Positions 28,601 to 37,686 of a DNA stretch of 64,000 bases are shown piece after piece. The notes under the pieces were generated by a model. The model was given only the letters and a program-made list of their open reading frames with translations. It was not told the origin of the DNA and did no database searches. This DNA is from an uncultured virus (IMG/VR IMGVR_UViG_3300042569_002633) (Duplodnaviria; Heunggongvirae; Uroviricota; Caudoviricetes): IMG/VR virus record IMGVR_UViG_3300042569_002633. The stretch is one strand, 5' to 3'. Position 1 is the first letter of the stretch. The number at the start of each line of letters is the position of its first letter. A program made the position numbers and the translations under genes.

Positions 28601-29754
28601 GGGTATTCCCAGGTGTACTTATTAACACCAGGTATTGAGTTAGCAAAAGGTCTAGAACTTCCAGTTGCCTGCGTGTAATAAGTGAAATTCCATCCAGTTG
28701 CGCCCTGTTGTAAACTAGAAGCTTTCACATAAGGAACCTCATATGAAAGTCTATCTAGCTGATTTTGAGCTAGTATCCAAAGATCGTTTTCGTAAGTCAA
28801 AACACCGTCTTGGTTTCTGTTTCTATTTTGTATGCCCAATGAAAGTATCTGATTACTTCCGCTAAGGCCAATTAGAGAACCAGTAACCCCATTAAAGTGA
28901 TATAGTCCAGGACCAATATCATAATTACCCCAGAATACGTGGCCATTGTCTCTTATCGCTAAACTAGTAACACTAGCAGTAGCACCTGGTGTATCGAAGG
29001 TCTGCCAGGTTTGGAAATCCCAGAATTGTAGTTTTCCAGAATCGGAACCTGACCACAGGTTGAAGTTCTCATCTAATCCAAGTGAGTATACATTATCACT
29101 TAGGTTTGAAAAATTTGATGAATTGTAAAAGTTAGCAGAAGGAATATATGGTATATTACCTTCTAGGTAAGAAACACCAAGTTCTTCACCTGGAATTTCT
29201 ATTATACCCTGGCTTGTGCCTAGATAATATCTATAGTCGTCCCCTCCAAACCCTCTAGCTTTAATGTCGTAAATGTGAGGCCAGATGTACCCGTCTGCAA
29301 CTCTTTTCCAAGAGTCATTTGGTATGTCATATCTATAAAGAAATCCACCCGTTAAGCCAGCAGATCCGGTTCCGCCTAATGTTAAGAAAGCTAAAACATC
29401 ATTTCCATATGGACAAGCATATATTTTAGAAACCTCCATCGGGGAATTAAAAGTATCTATGTCATTGAATGACCAGGACTTTCCAGTATTAACATCATCC
29501 GGTGCTATATAGAAAATAGCGGGGTCGTCTAGAGATGCTATCTCCGCACACCCAACCCATTTAGTTCCATCTGGAGAAATCGATACCGTTCTCGTGTCGA
29601 GATAGTAAGGAGCCGCTGAAGGCACTGCTGAATTTTGGTAATTATAGTAGGTCCAAGTTGCTCCATTGAACATTCTTAGATCTTGACCTACCGCCCAAAT
29701 TTTATCGTTCGAATCTATATCGAATCCTAGTGTGTATAATCCTGAGTATGGCAT
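25654..29754 (-). CDS. large virion protein with beta-propeller repeats and a C-terminal PKD-like domain
   Basis: 1366 aa; repeats such as NVYSLGLDENFNLWSGS and VTSLAIRDNGHVFWG; C-terminal YTFAQEGYYSIYNSVED. Confidence 0.6.
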   Translation of the reverse strand: MPYSGLYTLGFDIDSNDKIWAVGQDLRMFNGATWTYYNYQNSAVPSAAPYYLDTRTVSISPDGTKWVGCAEIASLDDPAIFYIAPDDVNTGKSWSFNDIDTFNSPMEVSKIYACPYGNDVLAFLTLGGTGSAGLTGGFLYRYDIPNDSWKRVADGYIWPHIYDIKARGFGGDDYRYYLGTSQGIIEIPGEELGVSYLEGNIPYIPSANFYNSSNFSNLSDNVYSLGLDENFNLWSGSDSGKLQFWDFQTWQTFDTPGATASVTSLAIRDNGHVFWGNYDIGPGLYHFNGVTGSLIGLSGSNQILSLGIQNRNRNQDGVLTYENDLWILAQNQLDRLSYEVPYVKASSLQQGATGWNFTYYTQATGSSRPFANSIPGVNKYTWEYPYWQTYQTDYLQYKFPGLDPRNLFLTTELSAIASGEAGKQPYWNNPPIPSVEDMDLVDSVQEAKWAQIVSNLSNVPGFEIYTNCIIDTGSHKRYVIGGAILGIYQPFSNGAETNPAFTGILLGKDINGDDSYLFASNPSLAGSLSIQGGQTHDASDSPFLETDSYTGFIASYDEEGRVVDSMGVSGKSTKVLRIIPSEDGNSIYVGGSFNGLIEVGDYIWSSVAPTVGPTGAPIGLTNSDVPGLGTDYSWIYTPGGTGEYSPNIGIQWTYVDPSSASTSDSNFRLYGEDGITQVSGNLSSSTAIKYISVGQSPTSGSLSTAGSDLYTGMVVQIGGAYYRIDTITYFLPDSNFNSDVYCMGVTWVSGSQSLTSGSDYTFDFWYWNQLSFPLIRNGATDTSSIEAGSGIFIMELTNNIGNTTSLRDVNSETDWKYQVKNFRHFPSDVSSVNANTVEQLMMDSSLGKLALSFQTDYVSPTYKMSTLKNAWNRTTDNIYVPDQLGNTGTSSDVNGVIIMNSLDFSLRAAAQINNDGMDSVTAVSVASLSGTETVAVNGSTNVSINITGVTLTNPTVYSGYKPFYFIMDYSDPGNIGITGSFFSSFGSDTTNLKPFQRNAGYLSKYNGYYTVTNQHYGATSDTYLGKDIEFDLPGQYLVTGFVNPSNSTEKVIFGPLPDIQTITQTGAGSSTASDSDIWNSRPVATETGNLVGIFTGATSASASNNLQNTYVFKQDLNTGVVSTLSLENVKTVSGNVFSSDSIGNIFFTGQNDSTYGGSTGPAWLDYVTTNSNANVYSFLSEQYIPQLGVNMGQIISRPGSNPWTWCDVHQSDKGLTLPQLCTVFFSNYNSAIYGKQNNVWILSDAKTGTEILNVKNTPYFIYTFAQEGYYSIYNSVEDAFGNVYEVSNPAFVTVVNYTDKNPNDKNPFAVNSSDYGWPIPPKNTDQKLQALEKTMAQDQIENAKNNKLPFVSNLVIKDNPDATFNQ

Positions 29755-29759
29755 TCAAT

Positions 29760-29767
29760 TATATATT
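29760..29767 (-). promoter_or_regulatory. putative late promoter AATATATA
   Basis: Motif variant lying 5 nt upstream of ATG 29754. Confidence 0.5.
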
Positions 29768-29785
29768 GCATTAAAAAATAAGGGA

Positions 29786-32700
29786 TCAACTTCTGTACGG
29801 TGGGGTTGTACCGGTTGATGCAGACACAGCAAAAATATTTTCTGATGTGTTAGCAAGATCCGATGTGTTAGCTAATGTGGACGAGTCTATCCCAGGAGGC
29901 ATAACTGTATAGTAGAAGTCAGTAATATAGTCATCACTAGAGTTATTAAGCTGGTCAGCAACTTCCTGAAGTGTTAATGTGCTAGGTGAAGAAGCTGTAA
30001 ATGTTACACCAACGGGAGCTGGATAAAGCTCAGTTGCAGTGCTTAATTTTAGATGATCACCATCTGTTGCGGTGTGTATCTCGAATCCGCCTAGCCATTC
30101 ACCATTATAGGCGAAATCTTCCCAAGAGTGTGCATAGGCATCAACCCATTGACTCTCCTCGAATATCTGCCAATCTAGATTTTTAACACCCCAATATTTT
30201 AGATTAGCATTAGGGTACGTCTCAGAAGTTTCATTCCAATATGTATAACCATAATAAGATCCGGTTCCTCCGCTGAGTGATGCAGAAGAACTAGGAACAG
30301 ATATAGATCCAGTAACAACCGTTGTTAAAACGGACCCGTTAAACTGAGCACCCGTTATATCAGGAGCCTGTATCGTAACTATATTTGTAGCACCAATTGG
30401 ATCTGGAGACGAAGCATAGTAATCCGGATACGTAACCAGCTGATTTACAGAGGCAACTAAGCTGTTTGTAGTCTTATAAAGATTATCGCCATTTGTTGTT
30501 TCACCAATTAGTCTATTGTCAATATAGACTTTAATCGACCCAGGCGTAGCAATTGTTTCGTTGCCATTTAAAGTAACCGAGTTCTCGCTCGATGAATAAA
30601 CCACACCAGACATAGACGTATCTAGAGTAAGAGATATGGAAAAAACTGTAGTACTGAATATCTCCTGCACCTGCCAGTTTCCATTAACCTCCGGTGTATC
30701 CGAGTTACATATCCAAACATAGTCTCCAAGCAAAAGTCCATGAGCAGCAGAGGTTGTAATTTCAGCGAATCCGAATGTTCCTGGATAAGATGGCGAATCC
30801 GGAGAAGCTATGGAGGTTGGAGTTAATATCGATTGTGATAGTTCTAAATATCCGGTTGCTCCTATAGGATCTGAATATGCTCCTACATATAAGCTCTGAC
30901 CTTCCTCGACATTATTACCGTAAGTTGCATAAGCAAGCATCTGAGCTGGCATTTCTTTATTCAGCTCTTGGTAAGTCATTCCCTCAGCAGGATACTCCCA
31001 TATCGACTGATAAAGCTCCCATGGCTTGTATACTTGCTCCCAGTCATAATACTCTACTTCTCTATATCTTGTCCATGCATCAATATCAATGGTAGACGGA
31101 GCAACCTCAATCAGGTTATTCTTGATTACATTTGTTTTTGCATTAAATCCATCATAAACGTTACAGATGACCTTATATTTTCCAGCGTAAGACAGGAAGT
31201 GTGAAAATTTATAATAACCTAGGATATTCCCTCTAAATTCATAATAATAGGGTAAACCCGGTTCTGTTGGTAGCTTCTGTATGATCCACTCGATCTCAAA
31301 CATGTTCGAGAAATCTATATTAGCCCATGTTAGCATTAGATATTCCTGTATCGGAGAAACCAAAAGCTCGCCTCCTACCGTTACAGATCCACCCACATCC
31401 TTCAACAAGGTATATTCGCCAGTTGCGTAGTTGATTGATGTTACAGTTCCGTAATATCCACCAGTTAAACCAAAAGTAAGGAAATCCTGATATTGTCTAA
31501 CTAATGCATAGTCACCCACACTAAATAAAGGAAGTGTCAGAGAGCTCCAACTCATACTCATCTCGCTCCAAAGCCATATATCGGTTAGCAATTCAAGAAC
31601 AACTGGCATACCCAGTGGGTTCTGATATGGCTGTCCACTTATTGGATCAACTAGAGGATTTGGGTCCTGTATGCCATCACCAAGCTTTTTTAGATTACCG
31701 TTCTCCTTCTGTTGATACCAATTGGATATGGCCTGAACCATAGCTACATTCTCTGCGGCAGATCTAGTTTGCAGATAATAAAGAGGATCCGAAATGTTTC
31801 CAAAATCCGAGCTAAGAGAAGGCAAAACAGAGATGGTGCCATTTATAAAAGCAGGGTTAACCGTGGAGTAGTAATACACAGTAGTAACCTCTTGTGGATT
31901 TACATACCATTCTAGAGGAGTAGCACCTGTCGTACCATTTCCGGTAACCCCCAATGGATCAGTTTGTGTCGGGTATGGAGTAGTGCTCAGATAAAAATCA
32001 TAATCACCAACCTGTACAGACTGCAGATTAGCAGTAAGATTGAAATTATATTGCTTGCCTGCATAAACTTGCAAAGTCTGATTTCCGCCTGTTGCTGGGA
32101 TTCCTTCGAAATATAGAGCACCTCCGGAAGATCCAGTAGCACCATATAATTCAACGTTAACACTAACCAAATCCCCGTAATTTTCTGGAGTTTGTAATGT
32201 AGTTGAATAAGGTCTGGTTGAAAAAGCTCTTAGATCCTCAATAAATCCAAAATCTGGATTGGCTACTATATCAAGGTAAAATCCAGATTGTATATCGGAT
32301 CTGACCATAGAATCCGTCCAAGCTTTGGTGTTGTAAACCGTAAAGTAAATACCTTCACCACAGATATCTACTATTCTTGCATTCAAAGGAAGATATGTTG
32401 CTTTAAGTCTTTCTTTAAGAGCAAAAAGTTTAATTAAAACCTCTTCCTGTGTGAAGGTAAATGAGTCAACAACAACAGGATATCCATAAACATCAACATC
32501 TGTTGTTTGCTTGTTAAGATCGTAATAAAGACCGAATAACGAAGTCTTTTTATAGGTTCTACTAGGAACTAAAGTAGACTCAGAAGAGACATCGAGAACG
32601 TAAGTTCCATCCGGACCTGGTCCATATGTCTGCTCTAATCTATATTTTCCTTTGTTAGCATTATCTAAAACGTCGCTAATCAGAACACTCTGACTATAGG

Positions 32701-34948
32701 CTCCACCATTTTGATACTGATACTGTGCTAGGAAAGCATTATTCTGTAAAAGAGGAGATACCCTTTCAACCGAGTTGTATGCGAGATTAAGCCAATATTC
32801 TTTGATTCTCAAATCCTGATAGCCAAAGAATTTCAATGCATTTATCAATCCCTTATAGGCACCTATATAGTTGTATATTTGATCGCCGGCAAATAAAAGT
32901 TCCTTTCTTTTCTCGTTAATCTCTAAGAAGTTAGGTAGGGGTTCTTTTGGATCGCTATCACGTAAAATATTAGCATCCTGTGCATAGAAAGTTCTGCCTA
33001 AATTCTGAAGCATCACATTGAATCTCTCGTCCTCCCCAACAACCTCACCGTAAAAATCAACTACCAAAATCTTCTCTGGTGTTCCAGATGAAAGATCCTC
33101 TACTATCAATTTTCTCTGATAAACATCAGCATAAAGATCGGTTGCATTTAAAGCAACATTTATAGGGAGGGCTTCCGAATGCGCAGGTCCAGTAGATCCG
33201 CTTATCAGATATCCATTTGAATAATAATCGTCTACGTTATAATCTACAGGTATTGCTATATTAGGATAAGATACGATAAGGGGATATTGTTCACCACCCG
33301 TTCCCCCAGCTCCTTCCACTATTTTATAGGTGAATATAATCTCGGAAACGTCCACGTCACCGTAGTTGTCGCTCTCCCACCTAGTTCTCCATAGCGAAGG
33401 ACCGGCAGCTCCCGTAGATCCCGCTCTAGGATAAAGGTACTGAAGCTCTATATCTATATTAGCAGATATAACGGTCTCACTCGAGCCGCCAGCAAATCCA
33501 TAGTTAGATGAAGATGGATCTGCATATACCGTGAGTAGATCTGAAGAAGTTGGTGATGGTTGTTGTAACCAAGAAAACCCTCCATTTTTGGTTCTGAGTA
33601 TAATTCCGCCATCACCAACTATGAACCCGTTCATGCTGTCCCAGAAATAAACATCGAATAGATCTACGGATACCCCAGTATCTAGAGCGGACCACGATTG
33701 ACCAAAGTCACCGGTTGTTATTAAGACTCCGCCTGTTCCAACAGCAAATCCCTTACCATTAGGTAGCAAAAATCCTCTTATGAAATTCGATGATGCAGGG
33801 CTGGTAGCAGCTGTCCAGGTTGATCCGGAGTCGCTAGAAAAATACAGTATAGAATTCTCGCCTACTATAAATCCATTTCCACTCTGGAAAACAACGTCAC
33901 GTAGTCCAGAAGTTGAAGCCGGTGATATATCGGTCCAGTTGTCACCGCTGTCTGTAGATCTCCAGATAACACTAGCTAGTGATGTTCCACCCCCAGTAGG
34001 ATCAGAGCTACTATAAAGACGTCCGACGGAGATAGCAACTCCACCTCCGGATTGATCCGTAAAGGCTACGCCTCTCATATCGTTCTTCTGTCCTCCTGGT
34101 ATAGCGGGCATGGAACTGGCTGCAGAAACAGTAGGTGAAACACTTGATCCTGTACCTCTAAATATCCTATTAGCCGAGCTCAATGTACTTAGCAAGAACA
34201 CAGAGGAGGACCCGGATAACCCATTCCAACCTAATCCATATACAATTTGGCTTGATATTGATATTGGGGTGAAGCTCTGCCCGCCATCGGTTGAATATCT
34301 AAAAAGTCCAGAACCGCCAGCTCTACCAGCCACAAGAACAGTTTCGCTACCTGTAAACACTGATCTAATGTAAGAATTTAAGCTGGATCCGCTAGAAACG
34401 CTGCTCCACGTTTCCGCTTCCGTTGAAAGTCCATATCCTTCTTCTACTACAAATATCTGCTGGTTTTCGTAAAGACCGGCTGAAACTTGATCGAAATATA
34501 TGTTACCAGTAAAATAACCGCCAGGTCTATATGCGTAGTTAGTTGTAACCTTTATATTTTTTCCGGTTGAAACTATAACAAGTCCATTTACTTGAGAAAA
34601 GACAACGGTAATGGAACTGCCCCCCACTGTTACGCTAGAAACCCTACCTCTGAATTGATTTTCTGGTAGGATGTCAAGGGTTATATCAACCTCCGCACCT
34701 CTGTCTAGAAAGTAACTTAATTCATTGGCCCATCCTGTGATATTAAATCCGTTAGTATCCTGTATGTTAAATACCAAAGTAGAGGTGTTGTCTAGATTGC
34801 TTACGTCCAGCTGCCCCCTAGAATTCGATGTGGATGAGCTAACATATAGTAGCTTGAAATCAAGAGGGGTTGGTCCAGTTGGCCCAACGTAAGCAAAGTT
34901 GAGCGGATTGCCCGATTTATTAAAGAACTTTAACTTACTGTCTGCCAT
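29786..34948 (-). CDS. large baseplate wedge-associated protein (gp7-like position) with inserted BNR/Ycf48-like propeller
   Basis: 1720 aa downstream of the gp6-like gene; YIGAYKGLINALKFFGY wedge-type motif; Asp-box repeats STDGGQSF, STDSGDNW, SSDSGSTW, TKNGGFSW. Confidence 0.6.
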   Translation of the reverse strand: MADSKLKFFNKSGNPLNFAYVGPTGPTPLDFKLLYVSSSTSNSRGQLDVSNLDNTSTLVFNIQDTNGFNITGWANELSYFLDRGAEVDITLDILPENQFRGRVSSVTVGGSSITVVFSQVNGLVIVSTGKNIKVTTNYAYRPGGYFTGNIYFDQVSAGLYENQQIFVVEEGYGLSTEAETWSSVSSGSSLNSYIRSVFTGSETVLVAGRAGGSGLFRYSTDGGQSFTPISISSQIVYGLGWNGLSGSSSVFLLSTLSSANRIFRGTGSSVSPTVSAASSMPAIPGGQKNDMRGVAFTDQSGGGVAISVGRLYSSSDPTGGGTSLASVIWRSTDSGDNWTDISPASTSGLRDVVFQSGNGFIVGENSILYFSSDSGSTWTAATSPASSNFIRGFLLPNGKGFAVGTGGVLITTGDFGQSWSALDTGVSVDLFDVYFWDSMNGFIVGDGGIILRTKNGGFSWLQQPSPTSSDLLTVYADPSSSNYGFAGGSSETVISANIDIELQYLYPRAGSTGAAGPSLWRTRWESDNYGDVDVSEIIFTYKIVEGAGGTGGEQYPLIVSYPNIAIPVDYNVDDYYSNGYLISGSTGPAHSEALPINVALNATDLYADVYQRKLIVEDLSSGTPEKILVVDFYGEVVGEDERFNVMLQNLGRTFYAQDANILRDSDPKEPLPNFLEINEKRKELLFAGDQIYNYIGAYKGLINALKFFGYQDLRIKEYWLNLAYNSVERVSPLLQNNAFLAQYQYQNGGAYSQSVLISDVLDNANKGKYRLEQTYGPGPDGTYVLDVSSESTLVPSRTYKKTSLFGLYYDLNKQTTDVDVYGYPVVVDSFTFTQEEVLIKLFALKERLKATYLPLNARIVDICGEGIYFTVYNTKAWTDSMVRSDIQSGFYLDIVANPDFGFIEDLRAFSTRPYSTTLQTPENYGDLVSVNVELYGATGSSGGALYFEGIPATGGNQTLQVYAGKQYNFNLTANLQSVQVGDYDFYLSTTPYPTQTDPLGVTGNGTTGATPLEWYVNPQEVTTVYYYSTVNPAFINGTISVLPSLSSDFGNISDPLYYLQTRSAAENVAMVQAISNWYQQKENGNLKKLGDGIQDPNPLVDPISGQPYQNPLGMPVVLELLTDIWLWSEMSMSWSSLTLPLFSVGDYALVRQYQDFLTFGLTGGYYGTVTSINYATGEYTLLKDVGGSVTVGGELLVSPIQEYLMLTWANIDFSNMFEIEWIIQKLPTEPGLPYYYEFRGNILGYYKFSHFLSYAGKYKVICNVYDGFNAKTNVIKNNLIEVAPSTIDIDAWTRYREVEYYDWEQVYKPWELYQSIWEYPAEGMTYQELNKEMPAQMLAYATYGNNVEEGQSLYVGAYSDPIGATGYLELSQSILTPTSIASPDSPSYPGTFGFAEITTSAAHGLLLGDYVWICNSDTPEVNGNWQVQEIFSTTVFSISLTLDTSMSGVVYSSSENSVTLNGNETIATPGSIKVYIDNRLIGETTNGDNLYKTTNSLVASVNQLVTYPDYYASSPDPIGATNIVTIQAPDITGAQFNGSVLTTVVTGSISVPSSSASLSGGTGSYYGYTYWNETSETYPNANLKYWGVKNLDWQIFEESQWVDAYAHSWEDFAYNGEWLGGFEIHTATDGDHLKLSTATELYPAPVGVTFTASSPSTLTLQEVADQLNNSSDDYITDFYYTVMPPGIDSSTLANTSDLANTSENIFAVSASTGTTPPYRS

Positions 34949-35487
34949 TAGAATACTCTCCTGTTATTTTTCTTCACTGTATAGTTAACGAAGTTACTTA
35001 TCTGTTTTGTCGATTCTATTAATCCAAAAACTACCCTCTGGAAGTATTGAAGTATAGAAGCTTTTACTGGATCTCTTAGTATGACTTTAGACATAGATTT
35101 CTCAAAAATCTTTTCTTTATACTCAAAACCTGTATAGATGTTGTCATTAATGCTATTTTTAACATCATCTATATTATCAGTTGGATCGAATGCATAATAG
35201 ATCCTCTCCTGATTAATCTTAGGCATACCCTGCATGAGGATAACATAAGTAGCAGAAGCTGCACACGGAGCATATTTAACGGTTCCTGTTGCATTAACCG
35301 TTACGTTTCTGTAACCGGTGCATCCTATATTATATGATCTTTCCTCTGCTAACTGCGTGGTTGCATACACGTCATTGGGCTGGTAATATGTACTGTTTGT
35401 AGTAGGCGGAACCTTTCTTACAACAGTAAAATTTACTCCTCCTTCAGGGTCCTGGAATTGCGGTAGAAATCTATTATTTGACGCCAT
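34948..35487 (-). CDS. hypothetical baseplate-region protein
   Basis: 179 aa, translationally coupled between the gp6-like gene and the large wedge protein. Confidence 0.55.
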   Translation of the reverse strand: MASNNRFLPQFQDPEGGVNFTVVRKVPPTTNSTYYQPNDVYATTQLAEERSYNIGCTGYRNVTVNATGTVKYAPCAASATYVILMQGMPKINQERIYYAFDPTDNIDDVKNSINDNIYTGFEYKEKIFEKSMSKVILRDPVKASILQYFQRVVFGLIESTKQISNFVNYTVKKNNRRVF

Positions 35488-35489
35488 AA

Positions 35490-37235
35490 TTACATTGTTC
35501 TTGGTACGGTCTGGCTGTTAGAATCAATAATAACAGACTTCTGGTTCTTAGCGGATTCTGTGTTAAATGTATTAGGAACCACATAAGGTATATCAATATT
35601 CAAAGAACAAGGTGCGCCATCAACGATACCTTCTTTATAGGTCACGCCGTAACGGTCTGTCCATCCTCCTCTCATTATTACTAACTCATTTCTTCCTATG
35701 AGGATGTCACCGAAAGAATCTATTCCAACCTGAGTGTTAAGTGTTGCAGCGTTTAAATTAGTAGCACCCTGCATTGTTAACTGATTTGCTTCATTCTTCT
35801 GGCTTGTAAAAAAGAAGTTAGCTGAGTCAACACCTGGTATAGATTCTAATATAGCGATAATATCAGATCTTGGTATTCTGTCTCTTCTCTTTAGATTGAG
35901 CATATAGCTTGCTATGGATCTACGGATAGTGTTCTTTATGGTAGTTGGATCGTTGCCTTCAAATATCGTAACAGAAGCGTTACCAACTATCCTAGTTATA
36001 GCTGGATCAATTATCTTTAACACGGTAGTAGCTATCATTTGTCCTGAATCCTCCAGAAGATTTATTATAGCTAATTTCATTTCAGGTGAAAGTATAAACT
36101 CCGCTGTGGGTATATCAAAGTAATCCTGGTTTGATTCTAGGTTAAGGGTTATATCTGGAACTAGATAAATGTAAACTATATTATCATCGTCCAAATATTC
36201 ATCTTCAAAAGTAGAGTAAGCATGTATTTGCGAGAAAATATTTAATCTTGTCAAATATATTTCATACGATTGTGGATTTGCCAGAACGAACGCTCTACTA
36301 GTATAGGGTGCAACCAATCTTATAAGTTCAGTACTCTCGGGATCGCTACCAAACAAAGGATCAACCTCATTTCTGATATTAACACAATCATTAAGATTAA
36401 GCTGCTGTCCAAATAGATCGGTCCCTAAAGTTGTGAATCTATAAGTAATTGGCTTATCTGCTGTTGATCTAAGATTTCCTTGTCCTCCTAGTGTCTGTAT
36501 GTACTCTATTCTTATTATAGATCCAGGAGGTGGAACCTTGCCAAAATTACCATTACCAAAATAGACATCAATTCCCTGTGAAATACCGGTTCTTACTATG
36601 AAAGTAGATCCCTGCAAAGGCATATCATAAAAAGAATCATATCTTTTCCACTTCTCCTCATTCACATAAACGTTCACATAATATTGATCAATAAAAGCTC
36701 CCGATTTAGAAGGTATGTTAAAAGATTGAAGTGCAAGTCCAGTCCCCGTAACAGTCGCATTTTGAACTGTTCCCTGTGCTATCTTAACCCTTAGAGTGTT
36801 ATTGGGCACAAGATTGAAGGTAACCGTCGGAGAGGGTAACATCATAGAATAGTACTTACCGTTCTGTATACATTGAACCTGTGTGTTGTTCGCTATTATA
36901 ACTGATCCCCCACCAACTGGAGCAGTATTAAGATTCCATTGTATTGAGATCTCTCCCTGAGCTGTCGATGCTCTGCCTGGATCGTACCCAGACAGTCTAG
37001 CTATACTCTTCACTGAGTAGTCCCGTGTTGCTTGATAAATGTTTAATTCGGTAATTGAGTCCTCTATGAAATAAAGGATCATCTGCGATAGGTTCTGTAA
37101 TACAAAAAGTATTTGTCCCCAAGCTGAAGCAGCGGTAAATACGTTTCTAGACTGATTATATGTTCTCTGTAGAAAAACATAGGTGTCCGATAAGAGACCG
37201 CTGATTAGAATTCTATTCTTTTGATATATGTTCAT
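35490..37235 (-). CDS. gp6: baseplate wedge subunit, T4 gp6-like
   Basis: ELNIYQAT..SVKSIARLSGY, VYFGNGNFGKVP, GSDPESTELIRLVAP...RA and IPGVDS; follows the gp25-like gene. Confidence 0.85.
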   Translation of the reverse strand: MNIYQKNRILISGLLSDTYVFLQRTYNQSRNVFTAASAWGQILFVLQNLSQMILYFIEDSITELNIYQATRDYSVKSIARLSGYDPGRASTAQGEISIQWNLNTAPVGGGSVIIANNTQVQCIQNGKYYSMMLPSPTVTFNLVPNNTLRVKIAQGTVQNATVTGTGLALQSFNIPSKSGAFIDQYYVNVYVNEEKWKRYDSFYDMPLQGSTFIVRTGISQGIDVYFGNGNFGKVPPPGSIIRIEYIQTLGGQGNLRSTADKPITYRFTTLGTDLFGQQLNLNDCVNIRNEVDPLFGSDPESTELIRLVAPYTSRAFVLANPQSYEIYLTRLNIFSQIHAYSTFEDEYLDDDNIVYIYLVPDITLNLESNQDYFDIPTAEFILSPEMKLAIINLLEDSGQMIATTVLKIIDPAITRIVGNASVTIFEGNDPTTIKNTIRRSIASYMLNLKRRDRIPRSDIIAILESIPGVDSANFFFTSQKNEANQLTMQGATNLNAATLNTQVGIDSFGDILIGRNELVIMRGGWTDRYGVTYKEGIVDGAPCSLNIDIPYVVPNTFNTESAKNQKSVIIDSNSQTVPRTM

Positions 37236-37240
37236 GCTTT

Positions 37241-37612
37241 TTAACTTAACTTTAAACTAACAACTGGACTTTGATCGCCTTGGTAAGGCAAAAGAAAATC
37301 TAGAAATGCTATATCCCTATTCGTACCCAAATAAAACTTCAAATCATATGTTCCACCGAGTACTCTAAAAAGCGGGCAATATGTTGACAGATGCAGATCT
37401 AGCTCTTTTCTTATAGAGTCCTGAGATAGGTTTAATTCGAAAATTAAAGATTCCAAGCCAAGCCCAAATTTAGGATCACCTAAAACTTCACCCTTGTCTG
37501 TCAAGAGCATCATTTTAAGCTGGCCAACACAGATCTCTATTGGATCTGTGACCTCCAAGATGTAAGGTACGTAATTAGGATCTTGTGGATCTCTGTTGTA
37601 AATGTCTCTCAT
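37241..37612 (-). CDS. gp25: baseplate wedge/sheath initiator, T4 gp25-like
   Basis: LLTDKGEVLGDPKFGLGLESLIFE is the gp25 signature; 123 aa. Confidence 0.85.
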   Translation of the reverse strand: MRDIYNRDPQDPNYVPYILEVTDPIEICVGQLKMMLLTDKGEVLGDPKFGLGLESLIFELNLSQDSIRKELDLHLSTYCPLFRVLGGTYDLKFYLGTNRDIAFLDFLLPYQGDQSPVVSLKLS

Positions 37613-37625
37613 CCCTATTTTTGTT

Positions 37626-37633
37626 TATATATC
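37626..37633 (-). promoter_or_regulatory. putative late promoter GATATATA lying in the loop of a start-occluding hairpin
   Basis: Octamer 13 nt upstream of ATG 37612, flanked by inverted repeats spanning 37612-37649. Confidence 0.65.
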
Positions 37634-37686
37634 GACAGAAATAAAGGGAGCTAAAAGCTGTCCATGACAGACTCACTGTATATTTT

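Noticed and set aside
12545..34948. Inteins, introns or homing endonucleases in the giant ORFs
   Set aside because: No intein C...HN junctions or LAGLIDADG, HNH or GIY-YIG motifs were seen by eye; a profile search would be needed to exclude divergent ones.
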